A stretch of DNA of 64,000 nt from an uncultured virus (IMG/VR IMGVR_UViG_3300025018_002258) (Duplodnaviria > Heunggongvirae > Uroviricota > Caudoviricetes). The notes under the pieces were generated by a model that was not told where the DNA came from, ran no database searches, and was given only the letters and a program-made list of their open reading frames with translations. Of the stretch, positions 20,330 through 29,432 are shown piece by piece (within the stretch, counting starts at the first letter, position 1; each line of letters starts with the position of its first letter). The translations under genes and the position numbers were made by a program. The DNA is taken from the IMG/VR virus record IMGVR_UViG_3300025018_002258; one strand, written 5' to 3'.

Positions 20330-21307
20330 ATGAATTTCAAAGAATACTGTAGGCAAATTCAACAAGACGAAGGTCATGTTAGACCTTTCTATGCCGCCAT
20401 CGGAGAGAAAAACCGATGGCCACACAGTTTTTTTGTAGAAGAAGACCTCGGCGAAATAACATTCAATCTAAACCTTGATTTTGACAGGCCCAAAGAAGAG
20501 GTCATTGATGACTGTTTGGCAGATTTCTTTGCAAAGGTGGGAGATAACGTAGAAATCTATCACCTAAGTGATTTTAGTCCTGACAGCACTATCGTCTCAA
20601 CTGTCAATGGTAAAAGATGCTCTGTGCTGATGAGGCGGCAGTCTTGGTCAGATATGATGGGGAAGTTGCGGTCTGAAGTAAAGGCATCAACTGATGATGT
20701 CCATGAACGACTTTATGTTCATTATGCTCCCAACAAAACCAAGATTATGAAAGAACAAGAAACACCGAAGCAGGTCATGATTGACGTAGAAGTCAAAGCC
20801 ACAGAACAGCAGCCGCGATGGCAGGCAATGGACGAGTCCCTTTGGCTCACGGAGGAGGAGGCAGAGACAAGGAACCAAGAAATCAAGAAAGAAGATGCTT
20901 TAACCAGCAGACTCCGAAGTCTATGCACGAAAGCATCGAATATCCACCATCTTTTCTATCATGATCAATTTGATACAGAAGAGCAAGTAGAAGTCTACTA
21001 TGTCGTTGCCTACACTGAGGATGACATTGACTTCTTGAAGGAGAAAACCGAAATTCGGCTGCGAGACGCCGGGGGATTCGATAAATTCCAATTCGGAAGG
21101 GTTTACATTTACGTGGATGTATGGTATAGTGGTCAAGGTGGTGGCGGGCACCGCACTCTTTATTCTCCTAAGTATGCCAAGGATGAAGCAGCTAAGAGAC
21201 TGAAGAGGACGATTGAAAATACCCAAGCAATCGTAGACGAGATGGATCGTCTCATGAGAGATAAAGACCCTGATGAAAAGCTATCCAAGCATTCAAGGCC
21301 CGACTAA
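20330..21307 (+). CDS. Hypothetical protein
   Basis: 325 aa ORF in operon context. Confidence 0.65.
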   Translation: MNFKEYCRQIQQDEGHVRPFYAAIGEKNRWPHSFFVEEDLGEITFNLNLDFDRPKEEVIDDCLADFFAKVGDNVEIYHLSDFSPDSTIVSTVNGKRCSVLMRRQSWSDMMGKLRSEVKASTDDVHERLYVHYAPNKTKIMKEQETPKQVMIDVEVKATEQQPRWQAMDESLWLTEEEAETRNQEIKKEDALTSRLRSLCTKASNIHHLFYHDQFDTEEQVEVYYVVAYTEDDIDFLKEKTEIRLRDAGGFDKFQFGRVYIYVDVWYSGQGGGGHRTLYSPKYAKDEAAKRLKRTIENTQAIVDEMDRLMRDKDPDEKLSKHSRPD

Positions 21308-21608
21308 GGCTCCGCAGCAGTCGTGCAAGGGCTTCATAAGTCCACGGCAGTTCGTCAATCTCTTCGGGCATCTGCCCGTGGCCGAAGAGATTCGAGAGGC
21401 CAATTTTGGTCCAGAGCTAATGGCTCAAATCCGCCATATGGATATTGATCTATCATCCAAATACGCAATTAATCAGCCCATACCTGAAGGAGTCGTATGT
21501 AAAGGCGGCGAAGGTCATAAACTCTGGATGGCTAAGATCAAAACAGACGCTTACAAAGAGTCTTTAAAAAGCCAACGAGCAGGAGAATGGGAGAAGTATT
21601 GGGAATAG
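21273..21608 (+). pseudogene. Internally deleted RNA-ligase-like gene
   Basis: Has MKSYPSI start and EGVVCK...W.AKIKT (motifs IV/V) but no KxDG motif I; only 111 aa. Confidence 0.5.
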
Positions 21609-21614
21609 TTAGGT

Positions 21615-23084
21615 GTGATGAATACGGCATTATTTGAAAACGCTTTCAAAATCCTCAAAGACGTTGCAGACTTAGTTTACCTGAAAGATAATCAGGGAGT
21701 ATATCGGGCCGTGAATCCTAAATTCGTGGAGGTGGTAGGACAATCTCCTGAACAGATTGTGGGAAAGACACCATTCGACCTGTTCGACATCCAATTTGCG
21801 AAAGATCGCTTAGAGGAAGACGAACAGGCATTCTCTGAGGGCGAGAACATTGCCGAAGTTCGGTTTGATGACAGTATTTACTCCATTAGAAAAACTCAAC
21901 TAAAAAATGACAATGGAGAAGTCATCGGAATCATTGCCATAGGTCGAGACATAACCGAACTGAAAAAGATGCAAGAGAAATCTCAGAAGGCTGAAATTAT
22001 CTTTCGTCTTGTTCTTGATACTGTCCCAGAATCAATCTTTTGGAAGGACACCAATTCTGTCTACTTGGGAGGCAACAAGTCTTTTTCGAAGGCTTGCGGT
22101 CTCGGTGTCCAGGATATCCCAGGCAAAACAGATCAAGACATGCCCTGGAAAGAACTCGCAGACATTTATGTAGCAGATGACAGAAAAGTCGTTCAAAATG
22201 GTGAAGCCAAGGTTGAATATGAGGAGCCCTATACTGATATCAAAAGGCAGGCTATCGGTTGGGCCAGGACATCGAAAGTCCCCATTGTTTTGAATGGTCA
22301 TGGGACCATTGTGGGGATATTGGGGACATATCGAGATGTAACAGAGGAAGTTGAAGCTCGAATGGAACTAGAGCAGTATGCAATGGAGCTAGAAATCTCC
22401 AATAAAGAATTAGAGCAGTTTGCTTATGTTGCATCTCATGACTTGAAAGCTCCATTGCGTAATATCCATATCCGACTAGATCTTTTGGGGGAGGCGCTGG
22501 CAGAATGCGATGGAGATAGCGAAAAAGCCCTAGGCTTGATGGATGAGATCCATGTGTTTGCCACTAAAATGACAAAAATGGTTAATGGCCTTCTTGATTT
22601 ATCAAGATTGACAAATAAAACTCTTGATTCCAAAATAATAGATCTGGAAGAAATAATCGATGATGTCATACAAATACTACCAAACAATGGATTAAAGATA
22701 GTGGTGAATGAATTACCAGAGATTTATGGTGATGAAAGCCAGATCTATCGTCTTTTCCAAAATCTGCTTGAGAACTCAAACAAGTTTCGCGATCCTCAGA
22801 AAGAAGACAATATCGTTTGCGCCTACATTTGTTGCGATGGAAAAGACGAAGTGATATTGTGCATTGAGGACAACGGCATAGGAATGCCCAAGGATCCAGA
22901 AAACCGAGCTTTCGACATTTTCAGGTGTTTACACTCTCAAAACGAGGGTGCTGGAGAAGGTTTGGGACTGGCTATCTGTAAGAAGATCGTCGAAAGCCAT
23001 AAAGGACGAATTTGGATCGACTCCGAAGAGGGCGTCGGAACGAAGGTCTTCGTCGCCTTCAGGAAATTGTCAGGAATTGCTTGA
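21615..23084 (+). CDS. PAS-PAS sensor histidine kinase
   Basis: Two PAS domains; H box FAYVASHDLKAPLR; N box NLLENS.KF; DNGIG; G.GLGL. Confidence 0.93.
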   Translation: MMNTALFENAFKILKDVADLVYLKDNQGVYRAVNPKFVEVVGQSPEQIVGKTPFDLFDIQFAKDRLEEDEQAFSEGENIAEVRFDDSIYSIRKTQLKNDNGEVIGIIAIGRDITELKKMQEKSQKAEIIFRLVLDTVPESIFWKDTNSVYLGGNKSFSKACGLGVQDIPGKTDQDMPWKELADIYVADDRKVVQNGEAKVEYEEPYTDIKRQAIGWARTSKVPIVLNGHGTIVGILGTYRDVTEEVEARMELEQYAMELEISNKELEQFAYVASHDLKAPLRNIHIRLDLLGEALAECDGDSEKALGLMDEIHVFATKMTKMVNGLLDLSRLTNKTLDSKIIDLEEIIDDVIQILPNNGLKIVVNELPEIYGDESQIYRLFQNLLENSNKFRDPQKEDNIVCAYICCDGKDEVILCIEDNGIGMPKDPENRAFDIFRCLHSQNEGAGEGLGLAICKKIVESHKGRIWIDSEEGVGTKVFVAFRKLSGIA

Positions 23085-23109
23085 CACGATGGCGTCAGGC
23101 TGTTATAAT
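23081..23109 (+). promoter_or_regulatory. sigma70 promoter
   Basis: TTGACA-N17-TATAAT with extended TG. Confidence 0.85.
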
Positions 23110-23133
23110 ACTTTCCGATTGAGAGTGTAGACC

Positions 23134-25266
23134 ATGAGCGATCTAATCGTCGCACTACAGAGGGTTATCGATGTCAAGCCGCATCCAAACGCTGATCGTT
23201 TGGAGGTAGCTGTGATCCTTGGATGGGAGGTCATTACTCAGAAGGGTAACGTCCAGCCGGGTGACACCGTTCTATACATCCCGCCCGACGCGATGCTCCC
23301 GAGAGAACTTGCTGACAAATGGGGCGTGACTCCATACCTTTCTTGGATGAAAAATGAAGAGAAGGGTCGTGTTCGCGCTGCCAGTATTCGCAGCTACACC
23401 TCCTACGGTTTCTCTGTGCCAGCAAGCAAGTTGGACATCGAGGCAGAAATCGGAGAAGATCTCAAGGCTCATTTTGGCATCGATAAATACGAACCGCCAG
23501 AGCGTTTGGATTCTGGTGACATGGAACAGGAGAACATTTTGTTCCACAAGTTCACCGACATCCAAAGAATCCAAAACTACCCCGAAGCTTTGTTCCCTGG
23601 TGAGGAAGTCGTTGCGACCGAAAAGTTGCACGGGTGTTTGCAGGCCAGAAGTCGTGTGACAATGGCGGATTTTTCTGTCAAGGAAATCAAAGACATTGTA
23701 ATAGGAGACTGGGTATTAGGGTTGGATCCTAACGGAAAAGCGATCCCAACTTTGGTTACTAATGTCTTCAATAATGGCTTGACAGAAGATTGGCTCAGGG
23801 TTAAAGGACCTCGCATTGGTATGGGGCGAGGTAATTCTTTCTTTTCAATAACGTGTACCCCACAACATTTAATCTATACCACATCATTTGGTTATGTACC
23901 AGCAAATAAATTAGATCCAAATTTACATAAGGTCGTCATGCACAGATCAGAAATGGACTTAACCAATATACAGAAACAAGTAATTTTGGGGAAACTCCTT
24001 GGCGACGGTAGTCTTCGACTGATGAATAGTTCGGCTATTATGGAATTTAGCCATATTTTACAAAATGAAGATTACGTAGATTATTGTATGCTTCTTTTGG
24101 GGGGATTATCCAATGGGAATAAAGATCTTTACGAAAGTGGTTATGGGTCTGAGATTTTGAGATCTCAGACTATTTCGTCTTTCTTTATCAAGCATTACTT
24201 CTCGCACATGATAACAGATTGCGGCAAACAAGTATCGGATGATACTCTTGAGTTTTTATCGCCGTTGTCAATAGCTATTTGGTATATGGATGATGGCTGC
24301 CGCTTTACAAGCGGGGAGCAGGAAGATAGGGCTGGGTTCGCAGTATGTGGTTTTTCCGAGGAGAGCGTGGATTGCCTAATATCTGGGTTGAATCGCTTTG
24401 GGATAGAGGCCAAAAAATCAAACAATAGCGATGGATATGCGAGAATATGCCTTAATTCTGACGCTTCTGATAAGCTATGGATGATGATATCCCCTTATAT
24501 CTGTAAGAGTATGCAGTATAAATTGCCAGAAAGATATCAATCCGATTTTCTATGGGAGCCGAATCAATGCGTCTCTGAATATAAAACAGTTATTGTTGAA
24601 CAAGAGATAAATTCTATAGAAAAGTGTGGGGATCCGAAACAAAACAGAAGTAAGTACGATATCGAAACAGAAACCCATAATTTCTTTGCTAATGGAATAG
24701 TTGTTCATAACTCTAGCTCCAGAGTCGGCATCGTTGTCGAGGCAGGCGAAAATGGTGAGCCCGAATGGGTGTTGTGTATCGGAAGTAGCGAAAACCGCCG
24801 CAAACTGAACGAGGGAAGCTTGTACTACGTCCCCGTTGAAGACTATGGCGCTGAAAAGCTGATTGCTGCTTTTGATTCTGTCCGAGAGGAAGGGCTGAGA
24901 GGTTCGGTTATTCTGTTCGGAGAGATTTTCGGAGGCGGCGTCCAAGGCAAGTATGTCTATGGATCCCCAAAGAAGCATCTCTTCCGTGCGTTCGACTTGG
25001 CGATCAATGGCAAGTACGTTGATTATGATGTCTTCTTGCAGTTCTGCGAGGGACATGGTATAATGACTGTACCAGAGCTTTATCGTGGCCCATACGATTT
25101 TGAAGCCATGAAAGCCCTGTGCCAGGGTCAGTCCACGTTGGATACTCATATCAGAGAAGGAATCGTTGTTAAGCCCGTCAAGGGTAGACTGGCCGAGCGT
25201 CGGCCGGTCTACAAATTCCTCAACCCTGATTACGAAACCAAGAAAGACAACCCGGATTCACATTGA
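23134..25266 (+). CDS. RNA ligase (DRB0094/Rnl2-like) containing an intein
   Basis: HPNADRLE N-terminus, EKLHG motif I, GEIFG, FDL, REGIVVK, K..NPDY. Confidence 0.9.
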   Translation: MSDLIVALQRVIDVKPHPNADRLEVAVILGWEVITQKGNVQPGDTVLYIPPDAMLPRELADKWGVTPYLSWMKNEEKGRVRAASIRSYTSYGFSVPASKLDIEAEIGEDLKAHFGIDKYEPPERLDSGDMEQENILFHKFTDIQRIQNYPEALFPGEEVVATEKLHGCLQARSRVTMADFSVKEIKDIVIGDWVLGLDPNGKAIPTLVTNVFNNGLTEDWLRVKGPRIGMGRGNSFFSITCTPQHLIYTTSFGYVPANKLDPNLHKVVMHRSEMDLTNIQKQVILGKLLGDGSLRLMNSSAIMEFSHILQNEDYVDYCMLLLGGLSNGNKDLYESGYGSEILRSQTISSFFIKHYFSHMITDCGKQVSDDTLEFLSPLSIAIWYMDDGCRFTSGEQEDRAGFAVCGFSEESVDCLISGLNRFGIEAKKSNNSDGYARICLNSDASDKLWMMISPYICKSMQYKLPERYQSDFLWEPNQCVSEYKTVIVEQEINSIEKCGDPKQNRSKYDIETETHNFFANGIVVHNSSSRVGIVVEAGENGEPEWVLCIGSSENRRKLNEGSLYYVPVEDYGAEKLIAAFDSVREEGLRGSVILFGEIFGGGVQGKYVYGSPKKHLFRAFDLAINGKYVDYDVFLQFCEGHGIMTVPELYRGPYDFEAMKALCQGQSTLDTHIREGIVVKPVKGRLAERRPVYKFLNPDYETKKDNPDSH
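23635..24711 (+). mobile_element. Intein with LAGLIDADG endonuclease in RNA ligase (359 aa)
   Basis: CLQA...YDIETETHNFFANGIVVHN followed by Ser; LLGDG and WYMDDG blocks. Confidence 0.95.
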
Positions 25267-25802
25267 TGGCAACACCAATGATAACAAGGATCTATGTAGC
25301 TCACTATTTGCCTCCAAGCGTTAATGCGGTAATGCAACACTTGGATATTGATAGTGAATCGCATCTTACCTTGTTGCAAACAACAAGATATCATCTCTTT
25401 CTGGACTACGATCCAGAAAAGGTGAGGCAATCGTTCAATGAGTTGGCCCAAGATTTTGGACCGATTTATTGCAGGTTTACGGGAGTGGGGCTGATGAAGC
25501 ATTCAAACGAATGCCTTGTAGCCTTGGTGGAAATGAGAAGAGGGGCTGAGTTGTATTCCAGGCTGCTATCAGAATGTGAAAAGAATTGGGGAAACTTTGG
25601 AACATCCCATGACTTTTTGCCCCATGTCACCTTGCGATGGAATAACAAGGGGCGAGGTCTGGTGCCTCTGGAGGATATTCGCAGCTACTCTTGGACCCTT
25701 GACCGCCTAACCGTAAAGATAGAAACATCCTATAATATCCCTGGTGCTGGAGAAGACTTTGAGATATCAGAGGATGTTTTACTTAAAGGAGAAAGCAAAT
25801 GA
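25263..25802 (+). CDS. 2H phosphoesterase (2'-5' RNA ligase/cyclic phosphodiesterase family)
   Basis: Two HxT motifs (HLTL, PHVTL); directly after the RNA ligase. Confidence 0.75.
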   Translation: MMATPMITRIYVAHYLPPSVNAVMQHLDIDSESHLTLLQTTRYHLFLDYDPEKVRQSFNELAQDFGPIYCRFTGVGLMKHSNECLVALVEMRRGAELYSRLLSECEKNWGNFGTSHDFLPHVTLRWNNKGRGLVPLEDIRSYSWTLDRLTVKIETSYNIPGAGEDFEISEDVLLKGESK

Positions 25803-26548
25803 GGAAGCTACTCGTCGCGTTGGTGATCGCCTTGTGCAGCATCAGCGCGTTTGCAGAAGAAGTCGTAACCCCCACCGCTGCTGATGGGCCTTCGGCTCAG
25901 TCGGTCAGCAGCGGTTTTGACGGCACTCGCTTCAACCTCTTGTACATTCAGGATGGTCAGAGCGCAAAGCCGGGTCTTTCTATGGAGCGCGAACTGCCGT
26001 ACAACGTTCGTTTCCATTGGGCGACCGTGTATGACACCAGCGATGATGCTGTCGCAACCGGGCCGATGTTTGGTTATCCGGTGATCAAGAGTAAGTATAT
26101 CGACGTTGAAGCTCTTGTCGGCGTTATGCAGAATCTTGGGGACGGAAACGGTAAGACTCAGTTTGTCTATGGTGGATCGGTTTCTGTAGACATGCTGGAA
26201 GTCTTTGACCCGGAGCAGGTTTCATCGACGCGCCCTTCGGCGCAGTTCTTTGGGCCTAAGCCGCGCCGAAGCTTGAATGGCCTTGGCCTGCTCGCCACCT
26301 ACACCGAGGACGATGGTGTTGGCGGTGGATTGGGTTGGACCTGGGAAGTCGCCGATGGTATCGGTTTGACCCCCGGAGTCGTTCTGAACCATCCCGACGA
26401 GGCCCTTAACGTCTCACTCGCCGCTGGTGCATCCGTGCGCCTCTGGGGCGACGCTCACTCCTCAGTCGCAGGTTGGGGAGGCTGGCAGTACAGCTTTGAA
26501 GGTTATGGCCGTCCAGCCATGGGCGTCCTCTTCGGTACTGACTTCTGA
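25799..26548 (+). CDS. Secreted protein, possibly an outer-membrane beta-barrel
   Basis: Sec signal ending AFA, Gly/aromatic beta-strand pattern, terminal Phe. Confidence 0.55.
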   Translation: MRKLLVALVIALCSISAFAEEVVTPTAADGPSAQSVSSGFDGTRFNLLYIQDGQSAKPGLSMERELPYNVRFHWATVYDTSDDAVATGPMFGYPVIKSKYIDVEALVGVMQNLGDGNGKTQFVYGGSVSVDMLEVFDPEQVSSTRPSAQFFGPKPRRSLNGLGLLATYTEDDGVGGGLGWTWEVADGIGLTPGVVLNHPDEALNVSLAAGASVRLWGDAHSSVAGWGGWQYSFEGYGRPAMGVLFGTDF

Positions 26549-26554
26549 TGTTGC

Positions 26555-26580
26555 GGGGAGGAGGGTCAAATCTCCTCCCC
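26555..26580. terminator. GC-rich hairpin between convergent genes
   Basis: GGGGAGGAG...CTCCTCCCC. Confidence 0.55.
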
Positions 26581-26853
26581 CAACAACCAAACTTCAAACT
26601 CTTTATCACTTGCCCCAAGCTTTTCGCAAAGTTTATGCTTCGGTATTGCTGGCATAGCATATGGGTCCGGTGGAACAAAAACTCCGATAGCCACTTGTTC
26701 TTCATTAAGGCAACAAAAAACCAGCCCATTCGCATTGCTGGTTCTTCCGTTGAAATCAGATGGCTTTTGGATATCGTCCGATGAGCGCCAACCGGAAAAT
26801 AAATCTCGCGCCTCTTCAAAGGTTACAGACACCCCATAGATCATTTTCTGCAT
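26566..26853 (-). CDS. Hypothetical protein
   Basis: GAGGGGTG RBS; AATG-N19-GAAT promoter variant. Confidence 0.6.
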   Translation of the reverse strand: MQKMIYGVSVTFEEARDLFSGWRSSDDIQKPSDFNGRTSNANGLVFCCLNEEQVAIGVFVPPDPYAMPAIPKHKLCEKLGASDKEFEVWLLGEEI

Positions 26854-27064
26854 AATTTCACCCCTCTATGATTCTCAATCTTCCAACCAAAATCATTCAT
26901 ATAACCAAAATTCAACAATAAGAAGGGAAATGCCTGCGAATGCTATAAATTCTATCAGATGTATTCGCTACGGGCGTTGGCGTCATAAGGTTTTTTGCCA
27001 GAATTTGCTGTAAGAAGAAGGAGACTTTGGGAGTTTAGCAGAAAAAACCCTTAGGAGAGAACGA

Positions 27065-27688
27065 ATGGCTTCTACTAGAAACAAGATAGAGCAAACATTA
27101 AGGGAAATCTATGCTTGCATTTCTGATGAACGCAGAGATGCAGTCGTTCATTCAGCCCTTCTCAAAATGGCTTATAAGGATGACAACGAAAGCAATGTCC
27201 TTTCTGCTGTTATGGACGCTCTTGATGAAACAGGGGCAGAAGATGTTTCACCGGTCTCTCTATCCTGTATTAAGCTCGAAGCTTCCAGCGAACTCATCGG
27301 TTGGGAGGATATCGAACAATACCTCCAAGAAGATCACATTGATGATTTTGAAACTCGTCTTGCAGCAGTTGATCGTGAACGAGATGATCAAGACGAAAGC
27401 CGTCAGCATAAGATGAATGAAGAGGGGTATTATCGAGAGCCAGATGAACTCCAGGGCCACAAGGGCGTTAATAAGCTTGACAGCGAATATCGAGCAAACG
27501 ACAATCGAGAATATGACGCCTCAGCAAAAACCTACACCTATCCGTCTTCCGACCCGACCGATCCTCAAAAACTGGAAAAAGTGACTCTTGGCCTCGACAA
27601 TCGAAGGCTGCCCGAAGGTGACATCTATGACGCTGTGCTAGATGTCTGGCCACCACGAACAAGGGCGGATGTGCAAGCACGATCATGA
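27065..27688 (+). CDS. Acidic hypothetical protein, putative late gene
   Basis: AGGAG RBS; AAGG-N19-GAAA at 27018-27044. Confidence 0.65.
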   Translation: MASTRNKIEQTLREIYACISDERRDAVVHSALLKMAYKDDNESNVLSAVMDALDETGAEDVSPVSLSCIKLEASSELIGWEDIEQYLQEDHIDDFETRLAAVDRERDDQDESRQHKMNEEGYYREPDELQGHKGVNKLDSEYRANDNREYDASAKTYTYPSSDPTDPQKLEKVTLGLDNRRLPEGDIYDAVLDVWPPRTRADVQARS

Positions 27689-27957
27689 CAAAGATAGATA
27701 CATTTAGAACAATGAAAGCCATAGCTTCCGAATGGAGAAGATATGCTGAGAACCTGGACGATCAGACCTTGAGGAATGAGGCAGAGATTTTAGAGAAGAT
27801 TGCGGAAGACTATGGTGAAGTCGCGCTGAAAAAGTTCCACAAGGATCCGCCCGAACATGAAGAACTTGCGCTCGAAGACGAGCGCAAGGGCGCTCCCGAA
27901 GTGGCCACCGAAGAGCAGTTGGGCGTCAAGAGAAAGAAATTCTCTAAGGTGTCTTGA
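27685..27957 (+). CDS. Hypothetical protein
   Basis: ATGA overlap. Confidence 0.6.
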   Translation: MTKIDTFRTMKAIASEWRRYAENLDDQTLRNEAEILEKIAEDYGEVALKKFHKDPPEHEELALEDERKGAPEVATEEQLGVKRKKFSKVS

Positions 27958-27982
27958 CGTACTGCTATTGCCCTACTATAAT
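27954..27982 (+). promoter_or_regulatory. sigma70 promoter
   Basis: TTGACG-N17-TATAAT. Confidence 0.8.
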
Positions 27983-27996
27983 AAGGATGTTATGGA

Positions 27997-28194
27997 ATGA
28001 AGATCAAATGCCCACATTGCGGAGAGGTCATTGAAAAGAAAGCTTCCTCCAAAAGAGGAGTCGCAATGATCATGGTGCAGGTTGATTACACGATTAAATG
28101 CCCTGTCTGCAAGCAGTCTTTTAACCACAACTCTGCGTTCGGAACTGAATTCGAACTTCCTGAAGAAAACGTACTGCAACAAAAACTTGCCTAA
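27997..28194 (+). CDS. Small zinc-ribbon protein
   Basis: CPHC and CPVC. Confidence 0.65.
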   Translation: MKIKCPHCGEVIEKKASSKRGVAMIMVQVDYTIKCPVCKQSFNHNSAFGTEFELPEENVLQQKLA

Positions 28195-28214
28195 CCAAGA
28201 CAGGAGATAAAGGC

Positions 28215-29432
28215 ATGTCCTCTGGCACTCCCGGTGCTCATAGCGCTCCCACTTTGAGCGCTGCTCGTAAGAAATTCAGTGAGATTGAAGATGCCCTGAC
28301 TGTGGCCGCAACTCACAACCTGAACGTGCTGATGAGAGGTGAACGAGGCGTCGGGAAGACGATGTTGGCTCACCAAATCGTCCGTGACATGAAGCTGAGG
28401 ATGAAATACTTCAGCACTTCGACTTTGGATCCATTTGCCGACCTGATCGGTATTCCCGTTCCCTTCAAGGCCAAAGAGGGCCTATCAACAGAAGCGATCC
28501 TCCGCGAATCCATCGAACATATCTTGGGGCTGAGCCAGGAACGGCCCAGCGAAGATGCGGTCCAGGCAACGTTGCTCTATCTCCAAAGCCGTGCCGAAGT
28601 GGAGCAATCAAAGAACGACGATGATATGATTCGATATCTTCGCGCCAAGGATATCAATGAGGCGCAGTTCATGTTCTTTGACGAACTGAACCGTAGCCAT
28701 AAGAGAGTCCGCAATGCCGTTCTTGAAATCATTCAGTTCAAGAGCCTTAACGGTGAGCGCCTGAAGCATATGCAAATGGCCTGGGCTGCGATCAACCCGA
28801 GCGATAGTGAGGATTATGAAACCGAACCTTTGGATGAAGCTCTGAAGGATAGGTTCCATTTCCACATCGATGTCCCGTATGAGTTGAATCCAGTCTATCT
28901 GGATGACAAGTACGGCAGTCGCCATCTGACGGAGAAAGTCTTTGAATGGTGGCATGGCTTGACTGATGACCTTCGCTCAAAGTGCTCGCCGCGAAGAGTG
29001 GAAATCATCATCAATGCCATGTACCAGGGCATTGACCATCGGTGGATTTCCCCGTTGGATCATCCTTTGCCCCTCAAGGACCTGCATGTGGCCATCGAAA
29101 ACTTACTGGGCAAGATCGACCTGACTCACATCAAGAAGAACCAGGAGCACTTCATCGAAGTGTTGCGGAGCAAGGAGATCCACAACAAGGAGTTTGTGGA
29201 TACTTGCCGCATTCTGCAAACTCTGGATGCAAAGCAGATCGCCGAGTTGGCCGATGTCGTTCTGGCGATGCCAGAAGATTTCGTTGCAAAACTCGTCCAT
29301 CGTCAAGGCAAGTTTGAAGACGTTCGGCGGCAACTGTATCGCATCTACGGTGAGACTCCGACTCTCTTCCAGGAGTATGTCCTGAAGTTCCAGAGCATCG
29401 CTGCTGTCGCCCCCAAAAAGGAGGAAGAGTGA
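28215..29432 (+). CDS. MoxR-like AAA+ ATPase
   Basis: GERGVGKT, DL.GIP, FFDELNR, AINP, D.AL.DRF. Confidence 0.88.
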   Translation: MSSGTPGAHSAPTLSAARKKFSEIEDALTVAATHNLNVLMRGERGVGKTMLAHQIVRDMKLRMKYFSTSTLDPFADLIGIPVPFKAKEGLSTEAILRESIEHILGLSQERPSEDAVQATLLYLQSRAEVEQSKNDDDMIRYLRAKDINEAQFMFFDELNRSHKRVRNAVLEIIQFKSLNGERLKHMQMAWAAINPSDSEDYETEPLDEALKDRFHFHIDVPYELNPVYLDDKYGSRHLTEKVFEWWHGLTDDLRSKCSPRRVEIIINAMYQGIDHRWISPLDHPLPLKDLHVAIENLLGKIDLTHIKKNQEHFIEVLRSKEIHNKEFVDTCRILQTLDAKQIAELADVVLAMPEDFVAKLVHRQGKFEDVRRQLYRIYGETPTLFQEYVLKFQSIAAVAPKKEEE

